Source of the DNA: Thermoguttaceae bacterium
Lineage (GTDB): Bacteria; Planctomycetota; Planctomycetia; Pirellulales; Thermoguttaceae
Assembly (NCBI GenBank): GCA_017407125.1
Contig: JAFQXE010000025.1
Coordinates: 92,591-156,590, forward strand
DNA: 64,000 nt
Direction: 5' to 3'
This document shows positions 17,515 to 26,047 of this stretch, in pieces. The notes beneath the pieces were generated by a model. The model ran no database searches. It was not told the DNA's origin and saw only the letters and a program-made list of their open reading frames with translations. The position numbers and the translations under genes were made by a program. Every line of letters starts with the position of its first letter. Within the stretch, counting starts at the first letter, position 1.

Positions 17515-20233
17515 CAAAGAAATGTTATTAGATTATATTAATCTTACAATTGCCAAAGATAATAAAACACAAACAGAAGAATCAATTCGTAATCTTGCTC
17601 AAAAGATTCGTAGAATAATGCAGAATGATTATCCGGTAGCCGATTCGGAGTTTGAATGGATAATAAAAAAGATTCAGTCAATGCATCCAGTTAAAATGGA
17701 TATTGGGGTGTATATAGAAGATAGACAGGATAACTATGCTCCATGGTATCATCAAAGATTGTCTGAAATTGAGCAACCTTTTTGGCAACGATATCGTCAA
17801 TATCTCATTTGCGATAAAAAATGGAGTTCACAGGTTGTCAATTCAATAGATTTGGTTTCAAAGACCATTGTTGGATTATTAGGCGATCCTAATAATCCAC
17901 GACCATTTAGTCGAAAAGGACTTGTTTTAGGAGATGTTCAATCAGGGAAGACTGCAAATTTTACAGCAATATGTAACAAAGCTGTGGATGCTGGTTACCG
18001 TATTATTATCCTTCTTTCAGGTTTAACTGAATCATTACGAAAACAGACTCAAAGTCGTATGGATTTAGAGTTTGCAGGATTTGATAGTATTAATCAATTT
18101 CATCAAAAAACTAATTGTAGTAATTCAGGGGTAAGCAAATATGGTAAAGATGTGCAAGTTGCCTCATTTACAACAACGCGTTCTGATTTTGATGCACATT
18201 CATTAGATGTGAATAATATGTCTATTAAAGCTGTCAACTCAAACGTCCCAATATTGTTTGTAATTAAAAAGAATGTTAGTATTTTAAAAAACTTGTTGAA
18301 TTGGTTGAGTAAATCTCAAGAACTTGTAAGTGATAGAGAGCATATTGATTTTCCTGTATTGCTAATTGATGATGAAGCAGATAATGCATCCATAAATGTC
18401 AATAGTGAGGATTCCGATCCAACTAAGACCAATGCAAAGATAAGAGAGCTTTTGAAACTATTTAGCCGTGTTTCATATCTGGCTGTAACAGCCACGCCAT
18501 TTGCTAACATTTTTATCAATCCTGATTCTGAGAATGAGATGTATGAAAACGATTTATTTCCAAGGGATTTTATTTATGCTCTTTCTCCGCCAACTTCGGA
18601 TCAGGATTTAAGGGATAATGCTGCTTATATAGGTGCATCCCAAATATTTGGCGATACCCATATTCCAGGAATGTTGGAAGAAATTGACGATTTGGAATTG
18701 GTATTACCCCATAAACATAAAAAAGATTTTTTATTTTCCGATTTGCCAGAATCATTAAAAGAGTCTATTGTTTATTTTTGCTTGGCTAATGCAATACGCG
18801 ATTTACGTGGAGATAAAACTAGCCATCGATCAATGTTGATTCATATTTCACATCTAACCGCGATTCATAAACAAATAGAAAAAGTAGTTAATTCATTTGT
18901 TCTTGAGATTCAAAATGCAATATTAGATTATTCAAGATTACCAGAAAATGAGGCTGTGAAGAATTCTTATATCGGCTTTATTAAGAAAGTTTGGTATAAA
19001 TATGATTTTCAACAAAAAATTGATAAAACCTGGTCTGAGATTTTGCCTATCTTGAATTCTTCAATTGCTCCAATCGAAGTTCGCGTTATTAATTCAAGAG
19101 GTGGAAATTTAGATTATACAGATAATAAAGATACTGGTCTTCGAGTTATTGCAATCGGTGGAAACTGCCTCTCTCGCGGTTTAACGCTTGAGGGTTTGAT
19201 GGTCAGCTATTTTCGAAGAAATACTCAAATGTATGACACTCTTTTACAAATGGGGCGTTGGTTTGGTTTTCGACCTGGATATGCTGATTTATGCAAAATT
19301 TGGATGCCAACAGAAATTAAAGAATGGTTTGAACAAATTACAGAAGCTTATGTTGAATTGAAAGGTGAAATATATGAAATGAGCGAATTAGGATTAACTC
19401 CTAAAGATTTTGGTTTGAAAGTTCGTAAGCATCCTGGATCTTTGTTGCCAACTGCTCGCAATAAAATGCGCTCCGGCGCTCAAATTATGAAGAGACCTAT
19501 TAATATCTCTGGTCGTCTTCTTGAAACGCCAAGATTACTTGTTGATAACATTAAGAAAAATGAAAAGACAATAAAATCGTTTGTTTGTAAACTTGATCGC
19601 ATTGGAAGACGGGATGACAGTTTTCCTTCCCCATTTTGGCATGAAGTATCATCGGAGGAAATTTCAAATCTACTAAGGAACTTTCCTACCGACCCATGGA
19701 ATTTAACGTTTCTAGGACGCGATATTGCAAAGTATATTGATGAACATCCTCAGCGATGGGATGTAGCAATTATGCAAGGTGATGGTAGCGAATATATCTT
19801 TTCAACTGAATCAGGAAGTCTTTCGATAAAGTCTGAAGTTCGAAAGGTTCAAAAAGATGATTCTCAAAAAATATATAAAATAATGGGGTCTAAAGCGCGA
19901 GTTGCTTCCGGCGGTTCTGCAAAAATCGGTTTATCAACACAACAATTAGACCTTTTAAAGAGTTCATATAATGAACTAAGAATTCGAAAACCTGAACTTG
20001 AACTTGGAAGTAATATTCCAGATGATTGGTATTTTAAAATCAATAGACCACCTCTATTAATGATTCACACAATTGAGTTTAAAGACAATCCTGGCAATTT
20101 TATTTTTGCAATTGGTACAGGATTTCCAGGGAATAAAGACAATGAAGAGTATGTAGAATATGTTGTAAATCTTGTTGAATGGAAAAAACATTATCAAGAA
20201 CAAGAAGATTATAGTGACGAAGAGGAGGAATAG
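17507..20233 (+). CDS. Z1-domain P-loop NTPase (helicase-like)
   Basis: Walker A GDVQSGKT, DEAD-like LLIDDEADNAS, and a Z1 signature block GGNCLSRGLTLEGLMVSYFRRNTQMYDTLLQMGRWFGFRPGY. The start overlaps the upstream stop by 8 nt. Confidence 0.85.
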   Translation: MNNKEMLLDYINLTIAKDNKTQTEESIRNLAQKIRRIMQNDYPVADSEFEWIIKKIQSMHPVKMDIGVYIEDRQDNYAPWYHQRLSEIEQPFWQRYRQYLICDKKWSSQVVNSIDLVSKTIVGLLGDPNNPRPFSRKGLVLGDVQSGKTANFTAICNKAVDAGYRIIILLSGLTESLRKQTQSRMDLEFAGFDSINQFHQKTNCSNSGVSKYGKDVQVASFTTTRSDFDAHSLDVNNMSIKAVNSNVPILFVIKKNVSILKNLLNWLSKSQELVSDREHIDFPVLLIDDEADNASINVNSEDSDPTKTNAKIRELLKLFSRVSYLAVTATPFANIFINPDSENEMYENDLFPRDFIYALSPPTSDQDLRDNAAYIGASQIFGDTHIPGMLEEIDDLELVLPHKHKKDFLFSDLPESLKESIVYFCLANAIRDLRGDKTSHRSMLIHISHLTAIHKQIEKVVNSFVLEIQNAILDYSRLPENEAVKNSYIGFIKKVWYKYDFQQKIDKTWSEILPILNSSIAPIEVRVINSRGGNLDYTDNKDTGLRVIAIGGNCLSRGLTLEGLMVSYFRRNTQMYDTLLQMGRWFGFRPGYADLCKIWMPTEIKEWFEQITEAYVELKGEIYEMSELGLTPKDFGLKVRKHPGSLLPTARNKMRSGAQIMKRPINISGRLLETPRLLVDNIKKNEKTIKSFVCKLDRIGRRDDSFPSPFWHEVSSEEISNLLRNFPTDPWNLTFLGRDIAKYIDEHPQRWDVAIMQGDGSEYIFSTESGSLSIKSEVRKVQKDDSQKIYKIMGSKARVASGGSAKIGLSTQQLDLLKSSYNELRIRKPELELGSNIPDDWYFKINRPPLLMIHTIEFKDNPGNFIFAIGTGFPGNKDNEEYVEYVVNLVEWKKHYQEQEDYSDEEEE

Positions 20234-20234
20234 T

Positions 20235-21167
20235 ATGTTATACAAAGATTTTTCAAACAGGTTTATGTTGTTAATGAAAGACGAGTTGTCATTTTCAATA
20301 ATTGATCCTGATCATCCATTGTATATTTATGGGGGGTATAACAATAATCGGCAGCCAACATTTATGATTCTTAATGAACAAGCTGTTGATACACGTTATA
20401 TTAAATCAACACAGGGTATAACGGTTAAGAATATACAACGAAAAGATGGCAGGTATGCTTTGCAGTTCTCATTTTCTGGAAAAGATTGCTCTCTTTTTTT
20501 AAGATTATGTTATGATTTGCTGGAATCTACAAGAAATATTTCGCCAGACGTAGCCTTTCAACGATTAATCAGTCGTTACCAAGCATGGTATAATATGCTA
20601 TCAGGAGTTCGTCCAGATATTCTATCTCCAAATCAACAAAAAGGTCTCTGTGGCGAATTGTTGTATTTGTTGGAAGAGATAGATAATATTGGCGCAGAAT
20701 TAGCGCTTGAATCTTGGAGAGGACCGCATGGTGCAGATCAGGATTTTATTAATCAGAATCACTGGACAGAAGTTAAAAGCGTTGGTCTTTCTTCGGATAA
20801 TGTTACGATATCAAGTTTAGAGCAATTGGCTCCTTTGACGTCTGGCTTTTTAGCTGTTTATAAGATTGAAGAAACAACAAATATAGATTCTGAATGTTTT
20901 TCATTATATTCGCTAGTTCAACGAGTTGAACAGAGAATTGCTCAGTCTGTAAACGCAGGTCTTTTGTTTGCTGAAAAACTGTATTTATCAAATTGCATTA
21001 TTTCAGAACCGGTTTATAAAGATACATATTTTGTTGTAAAAGATTTTGCACTATATGAAGTGCGTGATTGCTTTCCTAGACTTACCGCGGAAGTTGTTCC
21101 TTCGGGAATTACGTCGGCAAAATATTCAATTAGTTTAGCGTCTATAAACGAGTATAAAGTGGGGTAA
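20235..21167 (+). CDS. PD-(D/E)XK-motif protein (putative nuclease)
   Basis: The HGADQDFINQNHWTEVKSV stretch gives D-x11-E-V-K. The ATG at 20235 has a GGAGG RBS and sits 1 nt after the Z1 stop; the ORF-track start at 20172 lies inside the Z1 gene. Confidence 0.7.
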   Translation: MLYKDFSNRFMLLMKDELSFSIIDPDHPLYIYGGYNNNRQPTFMILNEQAVDTRYIKSTQGITVKNIQRKDGRYALQFSFSGKDCSLFLRLCYDLLESTRNISPDVAFQRLISRYQAWYNMLSGVRPDILSPNQQKGLCGELLYLLEEIDNIGAELALESWRGPHGADQDFINQNHWTEVKSVGLSSDNVTISSLEQLAPLTSGFLAVYKIEETTNIDSECFSLYSLVQRVEQRIAQSVNAGLLFAEKLYLSNCIISEPVYKDTYFVVKDFALYEVRDCFPRLTAEVVPSGITSAKYSISLASINEYKVG

Positions 21168-21169
21168 AA

Positions 21170-23269
21170 ATGGAGTTTGAAGATTTCCGTAATGAAATAA
21201 TGGAAGATGTTAAAGTTGAATCTGAAATCTATGGCGAAGGTTCTGTTGCATCATTCCTTAAAGTATTTTCTGAAAAAATGATAAGTTCAGAGATCATTCA
21301 GGACGATATTACCCTCGCTTTCTTTGAAGGCGAGGGACGAAATAAACGAAAATTGCGTGTCGATGGGTATCTCTATGATGATATTGATCATACTATGAAT
21401 CTTTATATAGTTGATTATGATGCAATATCCAGAGATTCTCCGATGGTTAGATCATTAGCAGAGAACTTTTTTAAAAAAGTTCAGTTTTTTATTGAAGAAT
21501 CTTATGAATCTAACTTAAGTAAGACCATTGAACCTAGTACGCCAGCTTCAGATTTGGTAGATAATTTAATTTCAAAAAGACAAGAGATTAGCAAATTCCG
21601 GTTTCATTTGTTGACAACAAGAGATATGGGAATCAGAACAATCTCTTGGGATGTTAAATCAATCAATAAAATTGATAATAAAACGGTTGAGTATCAGGTA
21701 TGGGATTTAAGACGTGTTTTTTTAATTTGCAATACTGATTTAGGTCGAGAAAATATAGAGATTGATTTTAAACAATATACCAGTAAAGGAATACCATGTA
21801 TTGAAGCAACTGGCATGGATGGAAATGATTTTAAAAGTTATCTTTGTATAATACCAGGTGATGTTTTAGCTCAGATTTATGATGATAAAGGAAGCGTATT
21901 GCTTGAAGGAAACGTTCGTTCATTTTTATCTACAAAAGTTGCAGTCAACAAAAAAATTCGTGAAACGATTTTACGGGATGCAAGCAAGTTTTTTGCTTAT
22001 AATAATGGAATATCTGCTACAGCAATGAATCTTAGGTTTGAAAAGAATTCATCAGGTTTGTTCATTACATACGTTGAGGATTTCCAAATAATAAATGGTG
22101 GACAAACAACAGCAACTTTATCAAGTACAAGACAAAAAGACAATGCAGATTTATCAAATGTTTTTGTTGCCATGAAACTAACAGAGATTGATTCTAATGA
22201 TGCGTCTGAATTAATAAGAAACATTTCTCGTTCATCAAATAGTCAAAATAAAGTTAGTGATGCAGATTTCTTTTCAACTCATCAATTTCATGTTCGAATG
22301 GAGAAATATTCCAGATCGACCCTTGCCCCTGCAACAGGCGGCTCGCAATATGAAACACATTGGTTCTATGAGCGTGCTCGAGGTCAATATTTTCAAGAAC
22401 AAATGCGACTTACAGCACAGGAAAAGAAAAAATTTTTGCTGAAAAATCCTAAAGAACAGCTTGTTACTAAAACAGATTTGGCAAAGTATAGAAATTCATG
22501 GGATGAATATCCACATATTGTTAGTAAAGGCGCTCAAACTAATTTTATGAAGTTTGCCGAGCAGATTAGTGCGTCATGGGACAAAAATGAAAATCTTTAT
22601 AATGACAAATATTTCAAGGATTCGATGGCGTTGGCTAAGTTGTTCAAGGAAATTGAAAAACTTGTTACAAAACAACCATGGTATCAAAATGGTTATAGAG
22701 CAAATATAGTTACATACTCAATTGCAGTTTTTCACCATTTAATAAAAATGAATATGCCAGACCATGTTTTTGATTTGTCATATATTTGGAAAAAGCAACT
22801 CGTTCCTCAAGAAGTACTTGAAGTATTTACAAAAATAACACTATTTGTTCACAACTTCATAACTACAACAGCTTCAGAAACAGCCAACGTTACTCAATGG
22901 TGCAAAAGAGATAAATGTTGGGAAAAAATGAAAGAGGCAATTCCTCAACAAAACTTTAATTGTAATAACATATTACAATTTTTGAAATCGAAGGAGGATG
23001 AAAAGGCTGAATCGCGAGAGGCTAAAAAATCCCAACATGAAGATAATGATATCAGCGCTCAGTCAATTGTCGTTAATTATGGATGTGCTTTCTGGCAGAA
23101 GTTGCAATTGTTTTGTATAGAACATGATTTGGAAAATGCTGTTTTAGAAAAAGCGTTTTATCCTGCTGTTCGAATCCCTACAAAAATTCCGTCTCCTAAA
23201 CAGTCGAAAGTTTTGTTAGAAGCATTGGAGATGGCAAAGAGCGAGGGCTTTGTTTCTGATAATAAATGA
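21170..23269 (+). CDS. AIPR (abortive-infection phage-resistance) family protein
   Basis: 699 aa. The central block FFAYNNGISATA ... IINGGQTTATL is reminiscent of the AIPR family (from memory). Starts 2 nt after the upstream stop. Confidence 0.75.
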   Translation: MEFEDFRNEIMEDVKVESEIYGEGSVASFLKVFSEKMISSEIIQDDITLAFFEGEGRNKRKLRVDGYLYDDIDHTMNLYIVDYDAISRDSPMVRSLAENFFKKVQFFIEESYESNLSKTIEPSTPASDLVDNLISKRQEISKFRFHLLTTRDMGIRTISWDVKSINKIDNKTVEYQVWDLRRVFLICNTDLGRENIEIDFKQYTSKGIPCIEATGMDGNDFKSYLCIIPGDVLAQIYDDKGSVLLEGNVRSFLSTKVAVNKKIRETILRDASKFFAYNNGISATAMNLRFEKNSSGLFITYVEDFQIINGGQTTATLSSTRQKDNADLSNVFVAMKLTEIDSNDASELIRNISRSSNSQNKVSDADFFSTHQFHVRMEKYSRSTLAPATGGSQYETHWFYERARGQYFQEQMRLTAQEKKKFLLKNPKEQLVTKTDLAKYRNSWDEYPHIVSKGAQTNFMKFAEQISASWDKNENLYNDKYFKDSMALAKLFKEIEKLVTKQPWYQNGYRANIVTYSIAVFHHLIKMNMPDHVFDLSYIWKKQLVPQEVLEVFTKITLFVHNFITTTASETANVTQWCKRDKCWEKMKEAIPQQNFNCNNILQFLKSKEDEKAESREAKKSQHEDNDISAQSIVVNYGCAFWQKLQLFCIEHDLENAVLEKAFYPAVRIPTKIPSPKQSKVLLEALEMAKSEGFVSDNK

Positions 23270-23279
23270 TTATAATATT

Positions 23280-24902
23280 ATGAAAAATAAAGACGTAACT
23301 TTTAGATTGGGCGAGTTGTTTTGCGGTCCGGGAGGATTAGCGCTAGCTGCTGCTCTTGTTGGGGAAAGAGGAGTTAAATCAGATGATAATAGATCTTTCT
23401 ATATTAATCATCTTTGGGGGGTTGATAAGGACGTTGACGCGATAGACACATACAAAAACAATATTGTAGGCAGGTTTGGTGGTGAGGCAATATGTAAAGA
23501 TGCTTTTGAGTTTGTTAATTCAATGACAGATGGTCAAAAATCAATCAACGCTTTTGCTTTTGGATTCCCATGTAACGACTTTAGTTCCGTTGGTAATCAA
23601 ACAGGTTTGGGAGGTAAATTTGGCAATCTGTATCAAGCAGGTATTTCTGTAATAAAACTAACAAATCCAGATTGGTTTGTTGCAGAAAATGTCAGCGGTA
23701 TTAATTCTGCTGATGGCGGTAATGCATTTAAACGCATACTTATAGATTTAGCGAATACTGGAAAGGGATATAACATAACTCCTCATTTATATAAATTCGA
23801 AGAATATGGCGTTCCCCAATTACGTCATCGTTTTATAATCGTTGGGATTCGCAAGGATTTAAATCGTACGTTTAAAGTTCCTGTGCCTACTACGCAAAAT
23901 CTTGAAATGCAAATTCCGGTTGAAAAAGCGCTTGAAGGAATTTCTGCGGATTGTGCCAATCACGATTTTCCTCGGATGAGTCAATCAGTTGTAAAACGTC
24001 TTCAGTTGACACCCCCGGGGAAAAATGCATGGTTTTTAGACGAGTTATTATCGATGTCTCCCGATGAACGACGTAAGATTATAGAGTCTTTGCCATGGTA
24101 TAAAGATGTTTTTAAAGACATGACTGACGATGATGTATGTAAGATGATTATGGAATCAAAGCTTAATTGCAAATGCGCCAGAATGAGCCATATATATAGA
24201 CGTCTACAAGGGGGGCTTCCCTCTTATACGATTACTGGAAGTGGAGGCGGCGGAACGCATGTGTATCATTGGTGTGAACATCGTGCTTTAACGAATCGAG
24301 AACGAGCTAGAATACAAACATTTCCAGATTGGTTTAAATTTTCTGGTTCTCTTGAAAAAGTTCGCAAACAAATAGGAATGGCAGTTCCAACGGGCGGAGC
24401 GATTATTATATTTGAATCTATACTAAAAACCTTTGCGGGTATACAATATGATTCAATTGAATCAAATGTTGATACAAGTTTTTTACAATCGTATGTTAAA
24501 ACGTCAATAAATCAGAAATCGTCTATAAGTAAGATACGAAAAGATAATATAATAGAATTAATAAATAATAATTGCAAATTCAGTTATTCTGATAAAGTTA
24601 TTTTAAAAATCAAAGGCTTCAATAACAGAAGTGGCATTATATACACAATCAAAGATATTGATTATCACATAAACTTAAAAGATATTAACCTTGTTTTAGA
24701 GCTATTCAAAAATCAACAACAGATCACAGAAGATTCCTTATCAACATTACTTCCTAACATCTTTTCAAGTAAAGTATCTTCAGTTAAGGATTATAAGGAA
24801 TTCTTTGTCATTGCATTATTTGACGAATTAGGGATAGGTAAAAAATGTCAACCGTATCCCAGAAAAAAAATATGGGCGCTAAAGCCTATTACTGAAGAAT
24901 AG
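23280..24902 (+). CDS. DNA (cytosine-5)-methyltransferase with a ~150-aa C-terminal extension
   Basis: Motif I FCGPGGLALAA, IV GFPCNDFS, VI AENVSG, VIII QLRHRF, IX RERARIQTFPDWF, X GMAVP. ATG at 23280, 10 nt after the AIPR stop. Confidence 0.9.
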   Translation: MKNKDVTFRLGELFCGPGGLALAAALVGERGVKSDDNRSFYINHLWGVDKDVDAIDTYKNNIVGRFGGEAICKDAFEFVNSMTDGQKSINAFAFGFPCNDFSSVGNQTGLGGKFGNLYQAGISVIKLTNPDWFVAENVSGINSADGGNAFKRILIDLANTGKGYNITPHLYKFEEYGVPQLRHRFIIVGIRKDLNRTFKVPVPTTQNLEMQIPVEKALEGISADCANHDFPRMSQSVVKRLQLTPPGKNAWFLDELLSMSPDERRKIIESLPWYKDVFKDMTDDDVCKMIMESKLNCKCARMSHIYRRLQGGLPSYTITGSGGGGTHVYHWCEHRALTNRERARIQTFPDWFKFSGSLEKVRKQIGMAVPTGGAIIIFESILKTFAGIQYDSIESNVDTSFLQSYVKTSINQKSSISKIRKDNIIELINNNCKFSYSDKVILKIKGFNNRSGIIYTIKDIDYHINLKDINLVLELFKNQQQITEDSLSTLLPNIFSSKVSSVKDYKEFFVIALFDELGIGKKCQPYPRKKIWALKPITEE

Positions 24903-24961
24903 CATGATATCTATATAGTAGATATAGAATTTATCTGTTCGTATGTAATTAATAGTATTTT

Positions 24962-25993
24962 CTACGCTCTCCCCCAGTCGAAGGCGAGGACGTCGCGCAA
25001 GTCGTGGGTTCCGAAAGCGAGCATGACGGCGCGGTCGAAGCCCAAGGCGCAGCCGGCGCAGGGCGGGAACCCGGCATGCAGAGCGTCGAGGAGTATCGAG
25101 TTGGGCGGCAGCGGGGCGTGTCCATCTGCGATGCGCTGACGGTTGGTGAACTCGTGACGCCGCGCCAGCTCGTCTGCGTCCGCCAGTTCGTGATACCCGT
25201 TCGCCAGTTCCACCCCGCCGACAAAAAGCTCGAATCGTTCCGCAACGGCGCCGTATGGCGCGTCAACGACTTTTGCCAAGGCCGACTGCGTCGCCGGGTA
25301 ATGGTACAGAACCGTCGGGCGCCATTGATCCGGGGCGTCGTTGTTGAATCCCAGCTTGACCTGAACTTTTTCCGACAGGATTACGTCCAGCCAGGAATCG
25401 CGGTCGTCCGGGTCGAATCCTTCAGGAACGCCGAGGTTTTCCGACTGACAATAGTTTCGAATCTGTTCCATGGACGCGGCAAACGGGTCAAGACCGGCGT
25501 ATCGGAGAAAGGCGTCTCGATAGGAAATCCGCAGCGCCTTCTGAACGGTCAGCCGCTCTTTGAGCAGCGTTTGACACAGTCCTTCCAGAACGGTCATGCC
25601 GGCGCTGAAATCGTCGTTGACGCCGTACCATTCGATAATCGTGAATTCCGGATTGTGACGCTGACCGTATTCCCCGTTTCGAAACGCGGGGCAGATTTGG
25701 TAGATCGACCCCATCCCCGCCGCCAAAAGCCGTTTCATGGCGAACTCCGGCGACGTTTGCAGGAACACCGGCGAGGCAGGGCGCGCTTCGGAAATCTCGA
25801 CGTCCGTTTTTATCGTTATCGGTTCCAGCCAGCGGTCGATGGTTGTATCGCGAGAAATGACCGGCGTCTGAACTTCCGTATAATTCAGGGAATCGAAATA
25901 GCTTCTCGCCCGCTTGAGCAGTTCAGAGCGAAGTTTTAACGCTTCGATCGAGCCGGACGGACGCCAGGAAACAGGGGTGTTCTGAGATGTCAT
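24962..25993 (-). CDS. epmA: EF-P--(R)-beta-lysine ligase (truncated LysRS paralogue, PoxA/GenX)
   Basis: Class II aaRS core without an anticodon domain: FRNGEYGQRHNPEFTIIEWY, ELANGYHEL, GCALGFDRAVMLAFG. Start at ATG 25991-25993. Confidence 0.85.
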   Translation of the reverse strand: MTSQNTPVSWRPSGSIEALKLRSELLKRARSYFDSLNYTEVQTPVISRDTTIDRWLEPITIKTDVEISEARPASPVFLQTSPEFAMKRLLAAGMGSIYQICPAFRNGEYGQRHNPEFTIIEWYGVNDDFSAGMTVLEGLCQTLLKERLTVQKALRISYRDAFLRYAGLDPFAASMEQIRNYCQSENLGVPEGFDPDDRDSWLDVILSEKVQVKLGFNNDAPDQWRPTVLYHYPATQSALAKVVDAPYGAVAERFELFVGGVELANGYHELADADELARRHEFTNRQRIADGHAPLPPNSILLDALHAGFPPCAGCALGFDRAVMLAFGTHDLRDVLAFDWGRA

Positions 25994-26047
25994 GATAAAG
26001 TTGAGCAATAACGGATTGCGAGAATCTGTCGAATTGTAATTTTGCAG

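Larger units (their letters stand above)
15709..24961. other. AT-rich genomic (defence) island
   Basis: Hand counts of individual 60-nt lines give 27-45% GC inside, against 55-70% in the flanking hydrolase and epmA genes. Holds one five-gene operon. I saw no integrase, transposase or flanking tRNA. Confidence 0.75.
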
